From: Selaginella moellendorffii | Lineage: Eukaryota; Plantae; Lycopodiophyta | Length of the DNA stretch: 64,000 nt | NCBI RefSeq assembly: GCF_000143415.4 | Contig: NW_003314262.1 | Span: forward strand, 5,020,389 to 5,084,388 | Direction: 5' to 3' | In this document: piece by piece, positions 50,172-63,872 of the stretch | How positions within the stretch are numbered: the first letter of the stretch is position 1 | Layout: each line of letters starts with the position of its first letter | Program-made: the position numbers and the translations under genes | Notes under the pieces: model-generated | What the model was told of the DNA's origin: nothing | The model's input: the letters and a program-made list of their open reading frames with translations, nothing else | Database searches by the model: none

Positions 50172-50999
50172 TTATGTTCGTTTACATTGGGAAGAATGCG
50201 AATGTTTTTCCTTAAGACCTTGTGCTCCAACTGAAGAATCAACAAGGACGATCTGGTAAAAGAAAAAACAAGCCTGTAATTCATATCCTTTCAAAGAAAC
50301 TACATCAACCTTTGGGGACGTGATCGGCTCTAATTGCGATCCTCTTCGAGCTTCAAGGTCTCGTCGGTCGCGTAAACCATGCAAGCCTGGGACAACACAG
50401 CCTGGAGTGAAAATTTTGCGAAAGAAAGTTAAGAAGCAAACCTTGACATAGTTTGCATTTGGAAGGCTTGCACTGATCTCTTCGACATCGAGATCTTCGA
50501 ACGGGTTCTTGACGAGCTGGCTTCCAAACACCGTCTCGTCACAATCGACCCATTCGTCCTCGACGTCCGAGATCACATCCGGATCCACTGCCACAGAGAA
50601 TTTGAATGGATCGAAGCTTTGAAATATTTCGAGATCGACCCTACCATTCTCTTCGCAGATTTCCTCCAGATCTCTCCTCAGTGCGTCCTTGAGACCTTGA
50701 TCCAGCGGGCAATCGAGCCTGTGAAAAGAAAAAAAAAAGCACTGGAGAGAGACATCGAGCGGCTTCTTACCATTTCCGCATCCAGGACTTGGAATGCTTG
50801 CGGCGATCTTCATCACCTTGGTCGGAGTCGGAATCTGCGCGGCGATCGATCGAAGAGCTCGCCGGCCTGGCTTTCTTATGGCGCTGCTCTCCCGCTCCAG
50901 CCATATTCCAAAATATTTGTTCTGCTCTAGGGCAGAAACGTAATCTCTCCCGCCCAATTTGTAAAGGTCTTCAATCGAAGCCGTCCATTTGATTTTCAC
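50172..50999 (-). other. hypothetical acidic protein or gene relic with apparent short introns
   Basis: Long open frame with protein-like composition and GT-AG signals; no recognised family, start codon unclear. Confidence 0.35.
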
Positions 51000-51046
51000 T
51001 TGAGAAGCATCTTGATAGATTCTCTTTAATTTTAAATTGCGTGGCT

Positions 51047-52301
51047 ATGGCCGCTGGATGGAACAAGCTAGACGGTGCCAAGGCGCTCGTCGATAGCGGC
51101 ATAGACGGGGTCCCAGATTTCTATGTCAAGCCCCTCGATCAGAGGCTCTCTCCTCAAGATCTAGAGCTCCACGCCGGTGAGCAGGAGGACGAAGTCCCGG
51201 TGATCGATGTCTCCCCGCTGCTGGATTCCAAGCCTACTTCATCCGATCGCAGCAAGGAGGATGTAATCGCCGAGCTGCTGGATGCGAGCGAGAGATGGGG
51301 CTTCTTCCAGGTAAGAAACTGTGCCGCGTATGGAACCGTCTCAACAGGAACTGGATCTAGGTTATCAATCACGGCATCGGCAGCGATCTCACGCGGCGGA
51401 TGCTCGCCGTGGCTCACGAATTCTTCCAGCTGCCGCTCGCGGAGAAGATGGTCTTCTATAGTACGGACATAGACGCCGCCGTGAGGTACGGCACGAGCTT
51501 CAATCCACTCAAGGATGTGTTTCTAGACTGGCAAGACAATCTTTTGCATCGATTTCTGCCGGAGCGCCGGGATCAGCCACATCCATGGCCGACCAAACCA
51601 AGCGCTTACGAGTAAGTCTAAGTGCTAGACTTGGTTCATCCAATTCTCTTGCCTGGTTTTCTCTAAGTTTTCATGGATCATCCAGGTTGATTGCTGGGGA
51701 ATTTGTGGATCAAGCCAAGTTTCTGGCCCGGCATCTCCTGCGAGCATTGTCTGAGGGTCTCGGCTTAGGCCCGGACTATTTGGAGGGGGAGTTTGGTGAG
51801 CACAACGTGGCGCTGCGGCTCAATTATTATCCTCCTTGCCCGAGTCCTGAGCTTGCAATTGGACTGAGTAGTCACTCCGATGTTGGTGGTCTCACGATTC
51901 TCTTGCAGGACAGTGATATCGTCGGACTCCAAGTGAAGGTCCAGGAGAAGTGGAAGACGGTCAGGTCGGTTCCTGGTGCTCTTGTTATCAACATTGGCGA
52001 CCAGCTTCAGGCAAGCTAGCAAATAACTTGTAGAATGGTTAATATGTCTTTTGGACAGATTTATAGCAATGGAAAGCTCAAGAGCGTCGAGCACAGAGCG
52101 ATCGTAAATGCCGATAAAGCTCGGGTATCAGTCGGGCTCTTCTACGATCCAGCTTCCGACGTTAGAGTATCTCCGATTCCCAAGTTTGTAGACACGGAGC
52201 ATCCAGCGGCCTACAACCCTTGCGTGTTTAGAGAGTACCTGAAGAACCTCTACTCTAAGAACTTGGTGGGCAAGGAATTGCTGGAATCCCAAAGGAAATA
52301 G
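51047..52301 (+). CDS. 2-oxoglutarate/Fe(II) dioxygenase (DOXC class, DMR6/F3H-like), 4 exons
   Basis: WGFFQ|VINHG, LNYYPPCP, HSD, KSVEHRA, RVS motifs. Confidence 0.95.
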
Positions 52302-53413
52302 CCTTGGAAGTGGATGTTTTCAGGAGTGAGAGTTTGGCAGGTCAAGGTGATTCTCAGCCTGAAAAGATGTTTTAAGGTGGCTACTAGTGACCGAACTCCA
52401 ATCCATGTAATTGTCATTCTTTTCCTCATGCTTCATGATCTGCTGGAATGTCAACAATGTGCTAATGAGCATCAAAGACTCTTTCAAGTTCACTAACTTA
52501 TAATTTGATATTGATAAAGGTAAAGGATGTTAGAAAGCCATTTAAAATTCATTAAAAAAAAAGGTAGTTTAAAATTGAAATTAAAATCTAAGGAATCCAT
52601 AATATTTCGGTGTTGTTTTAATATTGATTACAATGTTTTGATATATTTGGCAATAGGCATGAAACCAAACTTGGCCTTCGCATGGTATTTAGGTCCTTGG
52701 AGAATCTAGGTCTAGAACACTGAAGTGTTATTAAATCAATTCTGGGGTACTTGAGAGGTATGTTTTAACTCTTTTTGTAAAAACAAGCTTTCACAAAGCA
52801 TTTTTACATAATTATTTAAATATATTTTAGTAATTTATTAAATATTTTAATAAATAATTATTTAATTTTTTTAAAGGAAACCCAGTACTGGATATATCTA
52901 GAATATGCTTAAATATTTTGTATATACTCTTAAACTATAAACTGGATATTTTACTATCTAAGACAGTTCTTATTCATTTACATTAATCTTTTATTTATAA
53001 TTTATAAAATTTCCTAAACATTTTCTAGTATATTCTAGTTTATATAAAATATAAACATGTTTCTAATCATAAAAGTTTAATTGATCAATTGGTTTAAATA
53101 ATAAACACTACTATTAAGCAAACCAATTGTTACTGCATGCAATAACAAGTTCTTGAAAATAAAATATATCTTACATTATCTTCTTTAAGCCTTTTTCACT
53201 TTTTTTAAATTTATTATTCTCATTTTACCACTAATTTTTTATATAAAATATTCATATATTAAATATAATTATTATCATTATTCATGTATGGAAAGAAGGT
53301 ATACTTTATTTTACTTATACATGACAAAGAAAGCAATATATTTTCTAATATTTATAGTTACTAAAGATTACACCTAATAATTGTTTTTCTAAATATATTG
53401 AGTAAAAAACTTT

Positions 53414-53420
<7 letters not shown>

Positions 53421-53485
<65 letters not shown>
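53421..53485. repeat. (TA)n microsatellite, about 32 units
   Basis: Directly visible. Confidence 0.97.
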
Positions 53486-53488
<3 letters not shown>

Positions 53489-54179
53489 AATAACTCTTTC
53501 GTTGTTCTTGTGGATAAACTTTATTGAATAATAAAGTATTCAAAAGAAAAGGGTTATTTTAATAAACATCTTAAGAGAGAGATTAGAGAAAAAGTACCGA
53601 TCAGATCAGATGTTGCAGGAAGCTACTTCAGGTGTAATGGAAGCATGGGGAGAGCTTTTAGTAGAGCACAGAGATGACCTCGTCACCTTTTTGATAACGA
53701 ACCCTTTCTTTATAAAAATATGCATTACATGCTTTTCCATACCTTTATATCTACCAAGAAGTTGCTTTCAGTAAGAGCTTTGAACAATTTTTGTATGTGT
53801 CAAAAGGCGGGAGTCAATATTGAGAGAGAGAGAGAGAGAAAGGCATTCCTTCCGGACTCGGGAAAGATGTCCATCTCGAGGGATGTCATATGACTTTTTT
53901 GGTTGGGGGGTCCAACTTTTTGCAAAGGAAACGAGCAATGCTCTGCCCAAATCCTCGCTCCGCCTGCTGCTCTCTCGTGAAATCCATGCAACAAAAGCAA
54001 AAGAGATTCTGTCCAAACATGGTGGTTGATGCCTCGCCGCAGGAGAACTTCAATTCCAGCAGCAAACAAGAAAAAATTTACAGCCACTTTTCTTTCTTTT
54101 CCCAGTTTTCCTTGTTTGATTTCGTTCTCCTCCCTTAGAGCATAGCAATCCAGCTCCTTTTCTCTCCTCTAGCATAGCA

Positions 54180-55593
54180 ATGCTCGTGTTCCTGGCGATG
54201 GCTCTTCTCCTGGTTGCGAGCGTGGATTCGTGGAGGAACGCCTCCATTCCTTCGCAGTGGCAGGGGATGACGCGGAGGAGCAAGATCCACCCGGCGGAGC
54301 AGCAGGGCGGCGACGATTTCATCCCGAGAGCAATCGGCGGCGATGGGCTGGTCAAGTTCTTGGTGGTCGACCAAAGCTCCCTCCTATCGTCGCAGACGAC
54401 GGGAGTTTTCAGGTCCATCCAAGCAGCAATCGATGCCGTCCCGGTTGGGAACCAGCATTGGGTGATCATCCAAGTTGGAGCTGGAGTTTACCAGTAAGTA
54501 TCATAGGAGCTTGTCCAAGAAAAACAGAGAAAAAAAATCTTTGTTTTATAGGGAGAAGATCACGATTCCATACATGAAGCCTTACATTCTTCTCCAAGGT
54601 GCCGGGAGAGATTTCACCACCATCTCCTGGAGCGACACGGCCAGCACTTTCGGGACTGCCAACAGCGCTACTTTCAGCGCCTTTGCTCCGAATTTCATCG
54701 CCAAGTACATCAGCTTCAGAGTAAGCTTTTCCTCGCTTTTCTCAATCTCGCTTTCTTCGATCGATCGAAAGGAGAGCCTCATGTTTCTTCCATAGAATTC
54801 ATTCTCCTCTTTTGGAAAAGAGGCCTGACTGTTCGCTCGCAGAACAATGCACCGCGGCCGCCACCGGGAGCTTTCAATCGCCAAGCGGTGGCTGTTTTGG
54901 TCGCCGGCGACATGGCTGCCTTCTACTCGTGCGGCTTCTATGGCGCCCAGGACACGCTCTTCGATTACGAGGGACGTCACTACTTCCGGGACTGCTACAT
55001 CGAAGGCTCCATTGACTTTATCTTCGGCCATGCGAAGTCCGTCTTCAAGGTAGAATAGAACAATTCTTGCGAGAAACTGGAGAACTGTTAGTCGCCTTTC
55101 TCTCTTTTTCTTTGTCTACCTGATCTTTTTCTTTTCTCATGTACAGGCCTGTGAGCTCCACGCCATCGCCGACAGCTTTGGCTCAGTCACCGCTCAGAAC
55201 AGGGGAGACCCTCGCGAGAACTCTGGCTTCATATTTATTGCCTGCACAGTGACAGGAAGTGGCACCATTTTCTTAGGACGTGCTTGGGGAGCTTACTCTC
55301 GAGTCGTCTATCTCTTCACCTACATGGACAGCAACGTTGTCTCCGAGGGGTGGAATGATTGGGGCGTCGCGAGCAGGCAGGAGTAAGTTCTCGCGAGATT
55401 TTCTATCTTTTTCTCACTCTTGTCACCTACATCAACGAACAGGACAGTTTATTATGGTCAGTACAAGTGTTTCGGACCGGGAGCTAACGAACTAGGCCGT
55501 GTTCGGTGGTCTCACGAGCTCACGGACGAGGAAGCCAGGCCTTTCCTGCAAGTAAACTTCATTGACGGCGTACAATGGTTACGTGAACTATAG
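54180..55593 (+). CDS. pectin methylesterase 1 (no PMEI pro-domain)
   Basis: [36 protein letters not shown]; TAG 55591-55593. Confidence 0.95.
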
Positions 55594-55997
55594 CAAACAA
55601 CGAGGAAGAAAACCTGGCTCGTCTGTACAAAATTTGATTCCCAATTCTTTTGTGCGACACCTTCAGAAAAGGAAAAGGAAGAAACTGTCAAGAACAATAA
55701 AAATCTCTAGCCAGATCCGTAAATACTTGGGAAGGAAACCAAATTTCGCGGTTTACCGGTGATTTGTTGGTGCTAACTTTGTAACTCGAGAATCACGAAA
55801 TAAAATCCCCGCATTCGTGTAAAACGCTTGGACGCGAGGTCGCTTATACCAAAGCCCATTGCAGTGCATCGGGGAGAAAACGGCTGTGAGAAGGACAAAG
55901 CCCAAAAGCAAAAGAACAAAATGCCAATGGAGCAAAGCAAAGCTATCAAACGTTTAAAGCACCTTCATGTGTTCTTGTTCTTCGATCCAGATCCCCG

Positions 55998-57476
55998 ATG
56001 AAAATCTTCGTGTTGATCCTCTTCGCCACCTTGCTCTCGCTGCGCCAATCCCAAGAGTTAGAAGGCGGTCACAAAGAACACAAAGAGCTCATCACCTTTA
56101 CCCCCGGGCATTTTAAAATTTTATCTTTCCCGCCATTCGCATCGCGTGCCACTGCCCCGGCGGCTGCAAATCCGCGCCCCCAGCGCCAAGATCACGAGCT
56201 GCAAGGAAAAGAGGAGGAGCTCGCCATCGAGATCCTCCACCGGAGCTCCCGGCGCGATGGCGATCCCCATTATCAGGATCCTCTCCACGACATCCACAGC
56301 GCGATGGAGCGGGACGAGGCGCGCCTCCGCTGGATCCACCACCGCATCCAGTCGAGCGATCGTCGCCACCGCCGCGGACGATCGCTCCTCCAGACCGCCC
56401 AGATTTCCTCGGGATTGAGCCTGGGCAGCGGCGAATACTTCGCGAGGATGGGAATTGGAAACCCGCAGAGATCCTACTACCTGGAGCTCGACACCGGCAG
56501 CGATGTCACCTGGATCCAGTGCGCGCCCTGCTCTTCCTGCTACTCTCAGGTCGATCCAATCTACGATCCCTCCAATTCGTCGAGCTACCGCCGCGTCTAC
56601 TGCGGCTCGGCGCTGTGCCAGGCGCTGGATTACAGCGCCTGCCAAGGCATGGGATGTAGCTACCGCGTCGTCTATGGCGATAGCTCCGCTAGCAGCGGCG
56701 ATCTTGGCATAGAATCCTTCTACCTGGGGCCGAATTCCAGCACCGCGATGCGAAATATCGCGTTTGGATGCGGCCATAGCAACTCGGGCCTCTTCCGCGG
56801 CGAGGCGGGGCTCCTAGGGATGGGCGGCGGCACGCTCTCCTTCTTCTCCCAGATCGCGGCCTCCATCGGCCCCGCATTCTCCTACTGCCTGGTGGATCGC
56901 TACAGCCAGCTCCAATCGCGCTCGTCGCCGCTCATCTTCGGGCGCACCGCCATACCCTTCGCCGCCAGATTCACGCCGCTGCTCAAGAACCCTAGAATCA
57001 ATACGTTCTACTACGCCGTCCTCACTGGGATCAGCGTCGGCGGTACCCCGCTGCCCATACCGCCCGCGCAGTTTGCGCTCACGGGCAACGGCACCGGCGG
57101 CGCCATCCTCGACTCGGGCACCTCCGTGACGCGCGTCGTGCCGCCGGCCTACGCGGTGCTGCGCGACGCGTACCGTGCGGCGTCGCGGAACCTACCGCCG
57201 GCGCCGGGGGTCTACCTGCTCGACACGTGTTTCAATTTCCAGGGGCTGCCGACGGTCCAGATCCCATCGCTGGTGCTCCACTTCGACAATGGCGTGGACA
57301 TGGTGCTGCCCGGCGGGAATATTCTCATCCCGGTGGATCGCTCGGGGACGTTTTGCCTGGCTTTCGCGCCGTCTTCCATGCCCATCTCGGTCATTGGCAA
57401 CGTCCAGCAGCAAACCTTTCGAATTGGGTTTGATTTGCAAAGATCTCTCATCGCCATAGCTCCAAGAGAGTGCTAA
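55998..57476 (+). CDS. secreted A1 aspartic protease (nepenthesin/ASPG1-like), intronless
   Basis: Signal peptide, SGEYF, LDTGSD, WIQCAPC, ILDSGT, IGNVQQQ. Confidence 0.96.
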   Translation: MKIFVLILFATLLSLRQSQELEGGHKEHKELITFTPGHFKILSFPPFASRATAPAAANPRPQRQDHELQGKEEELAIEILHRSSRRDGDPHYQDPLHDIHSAMERDEARLRWIHHRIQSSDRRHRRGRSLLQTAQISSGLSLGSGEYFARMGIGNPQRSYYLELDTGSDVTWIQCAPCSSCYSQVDPIYDPSNSSSYRRVYCGSALCQALDYSACQGMGCSYRVVYGDSSASSGDLGIESFYLGPNSSTAMRNIAFGCGHSNSGLFRGEAGLLGMGGGTLSFFSQIAASIGPAFSYCLVDRYSQLQSRSSPLIFGRTAIPFAARFTPLLKNPRINTFYYAVLTGISVGGTPLPIPPAQFALTGNGTGGAILDSGTSVTRVVPPAYAVLRDAYRAASRNLPPAPGVYLLDTCFNFQGLPTVQIPSLVLHFDNGVDMVLPGGNILIPVDRSGTFCLAFAPSSMPISVIGNVQQQTFRIGFDLQRSLIAIAPREC

Positions 57477-57526
57477 AGTTGATTTGCAAAGATCTCTCAT
57501 CGCCATAGCTCAAGAGAGTGCTGAAG
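57430..57526. repeat. 49-bp tandem duplication of the protease 3' end
   Basis: TTGATTTGCAAAGATCTCTCATCGCCATAGCTC starts at 57430 and 57479. Confidence 0.92.
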
Positions 57527-57818
57527 TATACTTCTCTCAACTATGAGATTCAAAACTCCCAAGTGATAAAAACTAGATTCTTCAATAGCTTTTGATCTGA
57601 TCGAGCTCTCGAAATTCCGAGGCTTGCTTTGCTTGCTCGCTTAGCTTCCAAGGAAGCTTTTTAATCTGTGCTTCACAAACAATAAAACTTTGAGACGAAA
57701 AGAATGGCTCTATAGTACACTATAATCTCGCTCGCCTTTTCTTTCGTATCTCGCCTGTATTGCTTCTTTTGGAGTGTAAATCCTGTCCTTACTGTGGCTC
57801 TCTCTCGAGAGAGCTCGA

Positions 57819-59835
57819 TCACGTCGAAGGAAGCCATTGCGTGCCATCCACAAAGCTGAGCGAAAGAAATGGAGTTACCTCCATGTCCGAGAGCTCGCGA
57901 GCCCACGGCACTCTCAGCGAAGAAGTGGCTCCGGGACCATAGCATTTGTATTGTCCAAACGAGACAGTTCTACAGAAAAGGAAGTTAAGATTTTACAAAG
58001 AAGAAAAGAAAGATCCTCTTTTTACCTGTCTCTGGATGCGTCGTGATCCCAATCGTCCCAGCCACGTACATCGATTATATTGTCGAAGTAACTGTTCGAG
58101 TAGACAATGCGGGAGTACGGTCCCATTGCTCGTCCGAGATACAAAATCCCGGTTCCGGTAACTTTGCAGTTGACGAACGAGAATCCTGTGTTTTCCGTTT
58201 GGCTCTGCCGATCTTGTGCTGCTACGGAGCCGTAGGAATCCGCTATGGAGTGAAGTTCGCATTGCTGCAGCACTCCCGGCATTAAAAAACACGGAAAGGA
58301 AGGCGGAAAGTTTTGATGCTCACCTCGTAGAGCGAGCGGCCATTGCCAAAGATGAAATCGATGGAGCCTTGGATGAAGCAACCTTTGAAGTAGTGGCGTC
58401 CGACATCGTCGCAGAGCGTGTCCTGCGCGCCGTAAAAGCCACAGTTGTAGAACGCAGCCATGTCGCCAGAGATCCGGAAAGCCGCTGCTTGACGTCCATT
58501 GACACCGGGTGGTGGTGGAGGTGCAGTGTTCTATCACAAGAACAAAAAAAAAAAAAAAAAAAAACAAACCATTTTTGTGTGAGCCAAGAGCTTATAAATC
58601 GATTGAAAGATAGAAACCACGCAAAGGTCACGCACACGCAAACATGCACACACAATTCACGCACAAAGAAAAGGAGACAAAAAAGAGTGGAAGTACCTGA
58701 AAACTGATGTCTCTGGCTATGAAATTCGCCCCTACGATCGTCACTGACGCGGTTCTATAGGCCGTAAGCGGCTGTCCATCGGGGCCGAGGTCGCTGGCGG
58801 TGGAATTCCAGACGATGAGGCTACGATCAATCCCAGCGCCCTGGAAAGTTAAGAACGGCTTCGTAGCTGGAACCACCACTTTCTCCCTGGAACCGAAAAA
58901 ACAAACCCACAGACAATGAGACGCCTGGAAGAAGCAAAGGGGAAGAAACAAAGGCAAGAAAATGATAAGAAAGAATGTCTCATCAGATCATCACGAGAAG
59001 AGCGCCATGGCTGGAAGAGAGAAAGAAAAGAAAATTCTCTTCTCTACTGGCCATACTGACCGCCCTATCTGACTGACGGTCACGGAGATGCGGAGATTCG
59101 CGGGAATAAACCGGCAGCGCGAAGATGCCGCCCAAGATTCGCCGTATGAAGATCCTTGCGACGATGATGATCGATCGTTTTGCCCGCAATTGGAGCTGGG
59201 GGAAGCGGCCGATCGCGGTGCATTACGCGTGACATCGACGCAAGGGATCGTTGGCGCTTGGATTTTGCGGCGGGGTGTTCTTTGCATCGATGCCAAAATT
59301 TCTCCCCTGTTCATGGAAATATTCTACGCTGCCGTGCGAAATCTGGGACCCGTGAGCGCCAAGAATCGGCAAGAATGGATCGCTGGCGGGAATTATCAGG
59401 CAAGATTGTAACTGGGATCGCGAGAATTCGTTGAGATTGATCGATCGAGGCAAGAAGAGTAATTTCCAAGAACAGAGAAATCGAGGAGGAAGGAAGAGGA
59501 AGAAAGAGAGGCGAGAGCCAGGAAGAGAATGCTGATCCTTACCAGTAGATTCCCGGACCAATTCGTATCGTCACCCTCTGATCATTCCCGTCCGGGATCG
59601 CGTTCACTGCGTCCTGGACAGTCACGAAATCGCCATTCCCGCTCTGATCCACGACGAGAATCCGCGCGGCCAGATGCCCCTCGGTGCTGAAGGATTGGAG
59701 GAGATTTCTCGTCGCCGCCGCGCCGCGAGGATGCGAGAGGATTAAGGTCGACAAGACGAGAATGGAGGCGCGTCGCGAGCCGCGAGAGAGGAGGAACAAG
59801 GCGGCGAGGAAGGAGGAGGAATCCCTGGCAGCCAT
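57819..59835 (-). CDS. pectin methylesterase 2 (no PMEI pro-domain)
   Basis: [53 protein letters not shown]. Confidence 0.95.
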
Positions 59836-61690
59836 GGCCGGAGCTATGGGCCGGAGCTATCGGCTAGGTGGGAAAGAATTTTGGGAGAGGAGGGAAAGAA
59901 AGAATGGAAAAATGCCGCGCTTGTTATAGCCGGTTAGGTTTAAACCCATTGTTTATAGGCCTAAAAGGTTGACAGAAAACGTACGAGTTTGTATTTTTCC
60001 TATGAATTTTTTTCTTCCACTAATACGCCAACTTTGACTCTAATTATTTTCAAATCATACCTGTTTGTATCGAAGAGAAAGAAAAGTTTCTCTTATCTGA
60101 TATGGAGAAACCATGTCTTTCTATCGGAATTGTGTGGATTGAGAACGACCCAAAGGCAAAGCTAGAAAAGCTTCACCAGGACTTTCCTTAAGTACGATGA
60201 TTCAAAGATTCTCGTCTCGGGCTTCTAGTGAGTGTTTGTTCGAACTTAAAAGGCGGTGGAAAGCAAAAAAGGAGAGAGCGAGAGGGGAATATACGGCGGC
60301 ACGAAAACAACGCTACTACACATTGAAAACTCCCAAAAAAATTCACCGAAGAAAGAGGGAGGGAAAAGAGCGATGTAAGTAATGTGGATTGCTACGCCAC
60401 CTCCCCTTGAAGCTCAAAACGTGAGAGGATTTTAATAGAGCTCGGCGTCACGGGAGGGCCATGCGACCAAAAGCTCTTTCCTTTTTTATTTTCCACCCAT
60501 CTTGACAAGTTGATCGGGCGAGAGGGACTGCCTGTGTTTGCTGCAAACGAAAGAGAGCGTTGCTTGATGGATCTTTCCGAAAGTTTTTCTCTCTCTTTTT
60601 TTTTGCTCTCTCTTTCTCGTCTTGCTTACCTGATGAAATGGAGGCATAGAAAATGGCTGGACACGCGAAATTATTGTACCTGATTGCTTGCAAAGATCAG
60701 GCGTTTAATGCTCGGAAAAAGAAAAGAATACCTCAAGAAAAGGAGCCTTCGCTATCAACACAGATTGTGCTGTGCTCCCTTGGCAGCAGCAACTGGTTGA
60801 GTGCGTTCCCTCACAAATGCCATGCAGAAGAAGCTGAAAACAATAACTATAATGAACAGAGACATCAGAATCAAATATGTAGCAGCAAGCAAAACCAAAA
60901 AAAAAAAAAAAAAAAAAAAAACGAAAAAAAAAAGATAAACAAACTCAAAGAACGAAGTAAAAAAAGGAAGGAAAGAAGAACGAACCACGAACCGCTCGTC
61001 AAAGCTTGGTTGTTGGATCCATAAATGTTCACTGCTTTCACGGAATGTCGTCCATGGACCATTAACTCTGAGTGGTTGCACCGCGTAACTCGCTTACTGT
61101 CCACCGGTCTATGTACTTTGTAGTCGCTCTTCTTTGGATCCCACAGGCACCGCTGCCGAAGAAGGCTTCGCCCGGACGAAATAAATGCCCGCCCGTCTGG
61201 AGAAGACGACGTCTCTCACAAAGTTTCACTGGAATTTCTATTCCATCGACATCGAAGCAAATCTCCGCCGTGCTGACGGATTTGTATCTCTCACTGCTGA
61301 CTGCAACCAAGATAAGCTTCTAGCACGAGATTTAAAACTTCGCTTGCTGGCAAACTTTCAAGGTACCTGGATCAACCAAGTTGCAAGTAATCTGATTTTC
61401 CAGCTCGAAAAATGCACGGAGCCCTGTGGATTGGAATCAGATATGAATAGGATACTTACGAGAGTTCGCTGTGGATGCAGAAAGAGCAAATCAGCTGAAC
61501 AGATTGCAAGATACTACAGGCCCAGGCATTAGAAAAGTAAGAAAATGTCGCAAACTATGACAAGCAATCGTGCGCAAAGCAGCAAATGCTTTTCCTTCAA
61601 CTATAAATTATATACACGTCCAGCTCTGTCTACAAAGACAACTGAAGTGAGACTTTGCTACGAGATTAAAATTCAAAATACCGTACCTCT

Positions 61691-63000
61691 CTAAGTTGGG
61701 AGCCACTGAGAGCCATCAATGAAGCTTGGATCTAGAAAAGGTTGTGCCTGTCCCGGTGTGAGCTCGTGAGACCACGCTACACGTCCTGCATGATTGGCTC
61801 CTGGTCCCGAGCACTTGTACTGCCCAAAAAACACAGTGCTGCGGGGCAAGCAATTTATCAGAATCGAGAAAACTGGAGAGGAACAACTTACTGCTCTTTA
61901 TTGGGGTCTCCCCAGTTGTCCCAACCCTCCGGGACAACTATGTTATCCATGTACGTAAATGCATAAACAACCCGAGAGAAGTCACCCCAAGCTCGTCCTA
62001 AAAAGATTGTTCCAGAACCGGTGACCCTGCAGTTCACAAAAGAAAAACCAGTTCGTTCGCTTTGGTTGGTTCGCTTTTGGGCTGCTAATGCACCAATTCC
62101 ACCACAATTCTCAGCAGCAGCGTGTAGATGAGATTTCTGAAAAAAGCGGGTTGAGAAAATTGCTCGAGAACAACAGTAACACTTACGTAGTAATATGAAT
62201 GGCCATCTCCGAATATGAAATCTATAGATCCCTCAATGTAGCACTCTCTGAAGTAGTGACGGCCACTGTGATCGTATAGAGTGTCTTGGGATCCCAAGAA
62301 ATGACAACCATAAAAAGCAGCTGTGTCACCAGAAATTCTAAGGGCAACAGCTTGTTTCCCTGGTGCTCCAGGAAAAAATACAGCAGAATTCTGCAAAATC
62401 CGCATGAAAGATCGAACCATGAACACGACGATTACCTTAAACGTAATGTTCTTAGCAATGAAAAACGACGCGTAAATTCCAACTGTTGCACTCTCAAAGG
62501 TTCCCAACGGCTGTCCGCCAGGACCAGGACTGCTTGCTGTATCATTCCAGTCGATGATGGTAAGCCACGCTCCAGAGCCCTGGAGTGTAATGTAAGGCTT
62601 CGTTATTGGAACCGTAACTTTTTCTCTGGATACAAATGAAATTGAGAATCGAAAGCAACAAATGAAAGAAATATCACCTGTAGTAGCCGGGATTGATGTG
62701 GATGACAATGCGCTCGCCATTGTAGTCAGGTATAGAGTTCAAAGCCGCTTGAACCGTCGTGTAGTCACCCTCCCCAATTGTCTTGCTCACCACAATCGTC
62801 CTCGCAACTTTGATCCTGTTCCTAGCTGTCTTTCCGAACATGGAATGCTTGAGGGAACCAATCCAGTTCACCCAGCTGACAAAATCCTTTTCCATTCTCT
62901 GCAATGCAGGGCTCGAATCAGTCGCAAGGACTTGAGCTTCACTAGGAACGAGAAACGAGCCAAGCAACAGGACAACTAAAACATTAAACTTTGCAGACAT
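61691..63000 (-). CDS. pectin methylesterase 3 (no PMEI pro-domain)
   Basis: [43 protein letters not shown]; TAG 61691-61693. Confidence 0.95.
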
Positions 63001-63872
63001 TGTTCTCTCACTCGTTCACAGGCAAAAGAAGCACGAGGTGGCAAAACTAGACGACATATCTCCGATGTAACTAGCAAACTGGAGATATAAGAGGACATGA
63101 CTGCAAGCACCAGAACACTTGAAGATGATCTAGCAACTTAACAACGCAAGACGTGAAAGAGACAGACAAGCATGCTAATCTGGTCTCCACTACTAGGAAG
63201 CTCGATTAAACAATACAAGCAAATCATAGAGGAACTCACGAGCGTGGCCTGATGATGCACTGAAAATCACCGTACATAGCTTCTTCTGATGATTCTTCCT
63301 GCATTCATCCATAGCTTTCGTCACAAACAACCAAAAAAGAGAATTGCCAAAACCTTCGGCATCTTCTGTAAAGCTCCAGCCCTCTTTCTTTGCCTGACAG
63401 TGTCGGCACCACTCCTCGCGTCACGATCCAGAAGCACTGCAACAAAACAAACGATCTGTGACCGAAGAAAAAGCAAGAAATTCCCCTAGATCAAACCTGC
63501 GGCAATCGATCGCTCCTGACAACCATTCACTGCGCAGCGCACATCGCCGCATTTCCCTTTCAATCGAACAAGCACTGGCGCCTTCGATCGCTCCTCGTGC
63601 ATTGCTCCTCCCACTAGCCCTAGCCTATCCTAGAGGACAAGATATCATCCGAGAGAGAGAGGGAGATTATATGAAGATCGTCATTATATATGACCGGCTC
63701 TATGTTTTTCAGCCGGTTATTCCCTGTCTGTACAAGCGAAAAGAATTCTCATCCTAGAAACCATGGAAACGAAAGAAAGAGAGAAAGAAAAAATTTCTCC
63801 TGACCACTATGAACACCGTAGTAGCTCCTCGCTCGTCTTATTTCCACCACCACCACCAATCGATCCCTTTCA

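Noticed and set aside
58888-59541. Unusually long GC-rich first intron of PME2, checked for snoRNA or miRNA
   Set aside because: One box-C-like GATGATGA without a convincing box D or stem; no known miRNA recognised
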